A stretch of DNA of 28,010 bases from a bacterium. Its GTDB lineage: Bacteria > Patescibacteriota > Minisyncoccia > JACQLN01. Made by a program: the position numbers and the translations under genes. The notes under the pieces are model-generated. The model was given only the letters and a program-made list of their open reading frames with translations, made no database searches and was not told the origin of the DNA. Positions 24,757-28,010 of the stretch are shown here, one piece after another; position 1 is the first letter of the stretch; each line of letters begins with the position of its first letter. The stretch lies in the NCBI GenBank assembly GCA_030697855.1, contig JAUYOU010000053.1, positions 1 to 28,010 on the forward strand, in the 5' to 3' direction.

Positions 24757-26272
24757 AATTTTGCGGCCTGTATTGCAATGCTTCGTTAATATGGGCAGGT
24801 AAGATTGTTTCCGATTCGGATAAATCGGCGATGGTGCGGGCGAGTTTTAAGACTCGGTGGTAGGCGCGGGCTGAAAGATTATATTTATAAACCGCAGTTT
24901 TTATAAGTTCTTGGCACTCTTCATTTATTTTGCAAAATAGTTTTATATCTTTTAAACGCATTTCGCTATTAGTGGCAAAGCCAAAATTTTTAAATCTTTC
25001 GCGTTGAATTTTTCTGGCTATTTCTACTCGTTCTCTAATTTTACTCGAGGCTTCAGCTACGCTTTCCGAAGCCAACTTTTCGTATTTTACACGCGGTACT
25101 TCCACATGAAGATCGATTCTATCTAATAACGGCCCAGAAATTTTACGTTTATATTTTTGAACTTGAAAGGGAGTGCAAACACATTCTTTTTGTTGATCGT
25201 TTAAAAAACCACATGGGCATGGGTTCATTGTGGCAGCTAAAATAAATTTAGCAGGAAAAGTTAAACTGCCTTTCACGCGCGAAACCGTAACAGTGCCGTC
25301 TTCTAATGGTTGGCGTAAACTTTCTAAAACATCGCGATTAAATTCTGGAAATTCATCTAAAAATAAAACACCTCGGTGCGATAGTGTTATTTCGCCCGGG
25401 CGAGGCACACTGCCACCACCTACTAACGCTGCCGCCGAAGAAGTATGGTGAGGCGATCTAAATGGCCTAATTCTTATTAGTGGTTCTTTATGGCTAATTA
25501 AGCCAGCTACCGAAAAAATTCTAGTGCTTTCTAAAATTTCTTCTTTTTCCATGGCAGGTAATATAGAAACTAAGGCTCTTGCTAGCAATGTTTTGCCAGA
25601 TCCCGGAGGTCCAGACATTAGTATGTTGTGGTTTCCGGCTGCTGTAACTTCTAGAGCACGTTTAGCAAAATCTTGGTCTTTAATATAGGCAAAATCATGT
25701 TCATATTCTTGTTTAATAGGAGGAAGAACAACTGGATCTATTGGGCGCAGTATTTTTCTTTTAGAAAAGTGTTCATAAGCTTCAACAAGGTTTTTTAATG
25801 GAAAAACATCTATACCATCAACTAACCCTGCTTCTTGGGCGTTTTCTTCTGGAACATATAGTTCTTTTATGCCAAGTGTTCTTGCCATAAGCGCGATTGG
25901 CATAACGCCAAAGACAGGTCGAATGGACCCGTCCAAAGCTAGCTCACCTATAAATATTTTACCCTCGGGGTCAAAATTAATTTGCCTAGAAACTAAAAGA
26001 TAAGCCAAGGCTATGGGCAGGTCGTATTTCGGTCCTTCTTTTTTTAAATCGGCCGGAGCTAAGTTAACAATAACTCTACGGTTAGATTGGTTTGGCGGAA
26101 TTAATTTTGTATTTTTTATGGCAGCCGAAATTCTATCTTTTGCTTCTTCTATAGCTTTATCTGGTAAGCCAACAATATTAAAAACATGCAAACCTCGGGC
26201 GAGGTCCACTTCAACCTCTACAGGTTGTGCATCTAAACCAACAAGAGCCGCCGAGTAAATTTTGCTAGGCAT
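24755..26272 (-). CDS. comM: YifB/ComM family Mg-chelatase-like AAA+ ATPase
   Basis: Lon-like N-terminus (IVGLPDKAIEEAKDR, VNLAPADLKKEG), GPPGSGKT, LFLDEFPEF, MNPCPCG and ISGPLLDRID. Confidence 0.95.
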   Translation of the reverse strand: MPSKIYSAALVGLDAQPVEVEVDLARGLHVFNIVGLPDKAIEEAKDRISAAIKNTKLIPPNQSNRRVIVNLAPADLKKEGPKYDLPIALAYLLVSRQINFDPEGKIFIGELALDGSIRPVFGVMPIALMARTLGIKELYVPEENAQEAGLVDGIDVFPLKNLVEAYEHFSKRKILRPIDPVVLPPIKQEYEHDFAYIKDQDFAKRALEVTAAGNHNILMSGPPGSGKTLLARALVSILPAMEKEEILESTRIFSVAGLISHKEPLIRIRPFRSPHHTSSAAALVGGGSVPRPGEITLSHRGVLFLDEFPEFNRDVLESLRQPLEDGTVTVSRVKGSLTFPAKFILAATMNPCPCGFLNDQQKECVCTPFQVQKYKRKISGPLLDRIDLHVEVPRVKYEKLASESVAEASSKIRERVEIARKIQRERFKNFGFATNSEMRLKDIKLFCKINEECQELIKTAVYKYNLSARAYHRVLKLARTIADLSESETILPAHINEALQYRPQN

Positions 26273-26310
26273 AATTTGTCTGTGAGTTTAACGAACATCT
26301 ACAAATTATA

Positions 26311-26382
26311 GCCCCGCTAATGAATTTCCAATTTTTTTTCGCCTTTCCTTCGGAAAGGATTTTGGAAATTCTACTACGGGGC
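26311..26382. repeat. REP/MITE-like element with internal hairpin
   Basis: gccccgctaatgaatttccaa / ttggaaattctactacggggc (16/21 inverted), with an internal stem cctttcc-ttc-ggaaagg (26342-26358). Confidence 0.75.
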
Positions 26383-26399
26383 ATAGTTATAATTTTGAG

Positions 26400-26750
26400 T
26401 TATGAGTGATTCGCGCAGTTTCTGGCAGACGGATTAACACGCAAACGTTCTTCGTTTATAACTTCTCCACATTTTTCGCAAATTCCAAAAGAGTTGTTTT
26501 TTATTTTTTCTAGCGCGTCGTTAATATCTTGAAGTCTTGTTTCTAAACTATGCTCCATAGGTAGGCGTGTTGCGTATTCAGTTACTTCTTGTGAATTCTC
26601 GTCCCAGCCTTCACCTAAATTTTCGTAATTAGAATCCCACTCTCCTTTTACATTCTTATCTGGATGAGCAAAGGAAGTTAACTCTTCGGTTAAAGCCTTT
26701 TTTTCTTTTTCTAGTAGAGAACCTAATTCTCTTATTAGTTCCTGATTCAT
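26400..26750 (-). CDS. TraR/DksA C4-type zinc finger protein
   Basis: Coiled coil, LETRLQDINDALEKI, and FGICEKCGEVINEERLRVNPSARNCANH. Confidence 0.9.
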   Translation of the reverse strand: MNQELIRELGSLLEKEKKALTEELTSFAHPDKNVKGEWDSNYENLGEGWDENSQEVTEYATRLPMEHSLETRLQDINDALEKIKNNSFGICEKCGEVINEERLRVNPSARNCANHS

Positions 26751-26756
26751 TTATAC

Positions 26757-26762
26757 ATTATA
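26757..26762 (-). promoter_or_regulatory. -10 element giving a probably leaderless dksA-like mRNA
   Basis: TATAAT, followed by 6 nt and ATG at 26750. Confidence 0.5.
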
Positions 26763-26878
26763 TTTTATTAACCTAAATATGAAAAGCTGACTTGCCATCT
26801 TTAAAACATTGTGCTTATATACACGAATACTGGATATGGATTGAACCTTATAAATTAACCCTAACAAGGAGCTTCTAC

Positions 26879-27784
26879 ATGAAGCGTCTCATTTTTATAG
26901 CTTTTCTAGTGATTTTCACAGTTTTACCTAAGGAATCTTCTGCGTTTGTTGCTAGAGGTGATTCCGTCTATTTCGACGGATATATGAGCTGGGATTATAA
27001 ATATCAGTGGGAAAACACTGTTACCAGCAATCACCTAGCTTTCGAAAGACTCTGGATTAATGCTGCTAAGAATATCAGCGATTCTAGTCGTTCGTATTTG
27101 TATGTTTCTACGTCCTTACTCCGTGGGAATATAGAAGTTCAGGAAGGAAGTCTCAATCTGATTCAGCCATTTAAGCGGATTGATAAAATTACTGCTGGAC
27201 GTTTTGTTCCGCCTTTTGCTAGAGAATGGTCCGAAAAAAGTTTAGACCAACTGAACTTACCCGGTGGATATTCCGTTATTTACGATCAGTTGGTTTATGC
27301 TGATGACGGCATTCAGATGGATTTTCATAAGAAAAGATTATATGTATCGCTAGGATCTTTTCTGGGTGAACGCAGTGGTGGTCATGTTCGCGAACAAAAA
27401 GATGGCAAACTTCATTCATACGCCAAAGTTATTTTGACTTTACCATCTTCGGTTGATCTTGGCGGAAGTTACAGATACAGCCGTACCAGAAATAATCTCT
27501 GGGCAGCATGGGCTAAGTGGGGATATTCCGGAAAGAATATTTCTGCCGAATTAGTCGGGTTTGGAAAAGACGTTCAGTGGTTCGTAAACTACGGCCAAAA
27601 AATCGCACCTCATTTTTTAATTACTGTGAGGTACGAGGATCTGAAATATCAACCTAATCGATATACTTCCGGTGTCAGGTTTTATACTAGGCACGTTGAT
27701 GTTAAAGCTGCTTTCTTTTCTTCGGGGGAACTTGCAAGTAGTCCTCTAAGATGGGGGCAAGCAGAAGTGTTGTTTAGATTCTGA
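26879..27784 (+). CDS. Putative outer-membrane-type beta-barrel porin (OprO/OprP-like)
   Basis: AAGGAG RBS at 26866-26871; signal peptide (ESSA|F); ITAGRFVPPFAREWSEKSLDQL and DDGIQMDF motifs; alternating aromatic strands; C-terminal QAEVLFRF. Confidence 0.65.
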   Translation: MKRLIFIAFLVIFTVLPKESSAFVARGDSVYFDGYMSWDYKYQWENTVTSNHLAFERLWINAAKNISDSSRSYLYVSTSLLRGNIEVQEGSLNLIQPFKRIDKITAGRFVPPFAREWSEKSLDQLNLPGGYSVIYDQLVYADDGIQMDFHKKRLYVSLGSFLGERSGGHVREQKDGKLHSYAKVILTLPSSVDLGGSYRYSRTRNNLWAAWAKWGYSGKNISAELVGFGKDVQWFVNYGQKIAPHFLITVRYEDLKYQPNRYTSGVRFYTRHVDVKAAFFSSGELASSPLRWGQAEVLFRF

Positions 27785-27801
27785 AATTGTTCCAAAAAAA
27801 T

Positions 27802-27834
27802 AATCCGCGTTCTGCAAAGAGCGCGGATTTTTAT
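27802..27834 (+). terminator. Intrinsic terminator after the porin-like gene
   Basis: aatccgcgttct-GCAA-agagcgcggatt (one G-U pair) followed by a T-rich tract. Confidence 0.85.
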
Positions 27835-27887
27835 TTGCCAAATTTATTTAATATTTTTTTAAGTCTATAAATTTTAAATTTGTCATA

Positions 27888-27997
27888 CCCCGTACTAAAT
27901 CCCGATCATTTATTTTCACTCATAATTTTAATTAGCGAATGCGCCTTCGGCTTATAATATTTTACTCAGTTGTTTTAGTGGTTGGATTAGGGCGGGG
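27888..27997. repeat. Third, more degenerate cccc-gta REP-like element
   Basis: ccccgtactaaatcc (27888-27902) and ggattagggcgggg (27984-27997) form an imperfect inverted pair. Confidence 0.5.
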
Positions 27998-28010
27998 TTA
28001 TTGTTTACAT

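Noticed and set aside
445-26258. Numerous short antisense ORFs in the track (e.g. 445-657, 839-1252, 2087-2329, 11055-11465, 15965-16333, 18187-18534, 25230-25451)
   Set aside because: They are shadows of well-supported genes on the opposite strand and have no recognisable motifs.
26792-26878. N-terminal extension of the porin-like ORF from TTG 26792
   Set aside because: The RBS and signal peptide point to ATG at 26879.

Overview
This is an AT-rich chromosomal window spanning the replication origin of what is very probably a Patescibacteria (CPR, Parcubacteria-like) genome. The taxonomic call is inferred from the gene repertoire and the minimal Jag, RnpA and YidD proteins. Standard code 11 is used: DnaN ends at TGA at its normal C-terminus. 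The left part carries ruvC-yebC-dnaN-dnaA (minus strand), DnaA boxes on both sides of dnaA, and the canonical divergent rpmH-rnpA-yidD-yidC-jag operon. The middle part (6741-23271, all minus strand) runs from pcrA and rsmA into a Patescibacteria-type T4SS-like cluster with VirB6-like, PrgI, TraC-like, VirB4 and T4SS-pilin genes plus secreted or membrane hypotheticals. The right part has a LysM/M23 peptidase, comM/yifB, a DksA/TraR zinc finger and an OprO/OprP-like beta-barrel porin, which is unexpected in a lineage without an outer membrane. The most striking unexplained structure is a set of short imperfect palindromes at gene junctions. Two occur both filled, with a small gene between the arms (four-helix-bundle gene 20039-20398; GxxExxY nuclease gene 13188-13574), and empty, with the arms joined (23297-23353; 10345-10444). 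Further empty or apparently domesticated copies suggest a cassette-like system with no recombinase in the window. No rRNA, tRNA, CRISPR array, transposase, relaxase or VirD4 could be supported.
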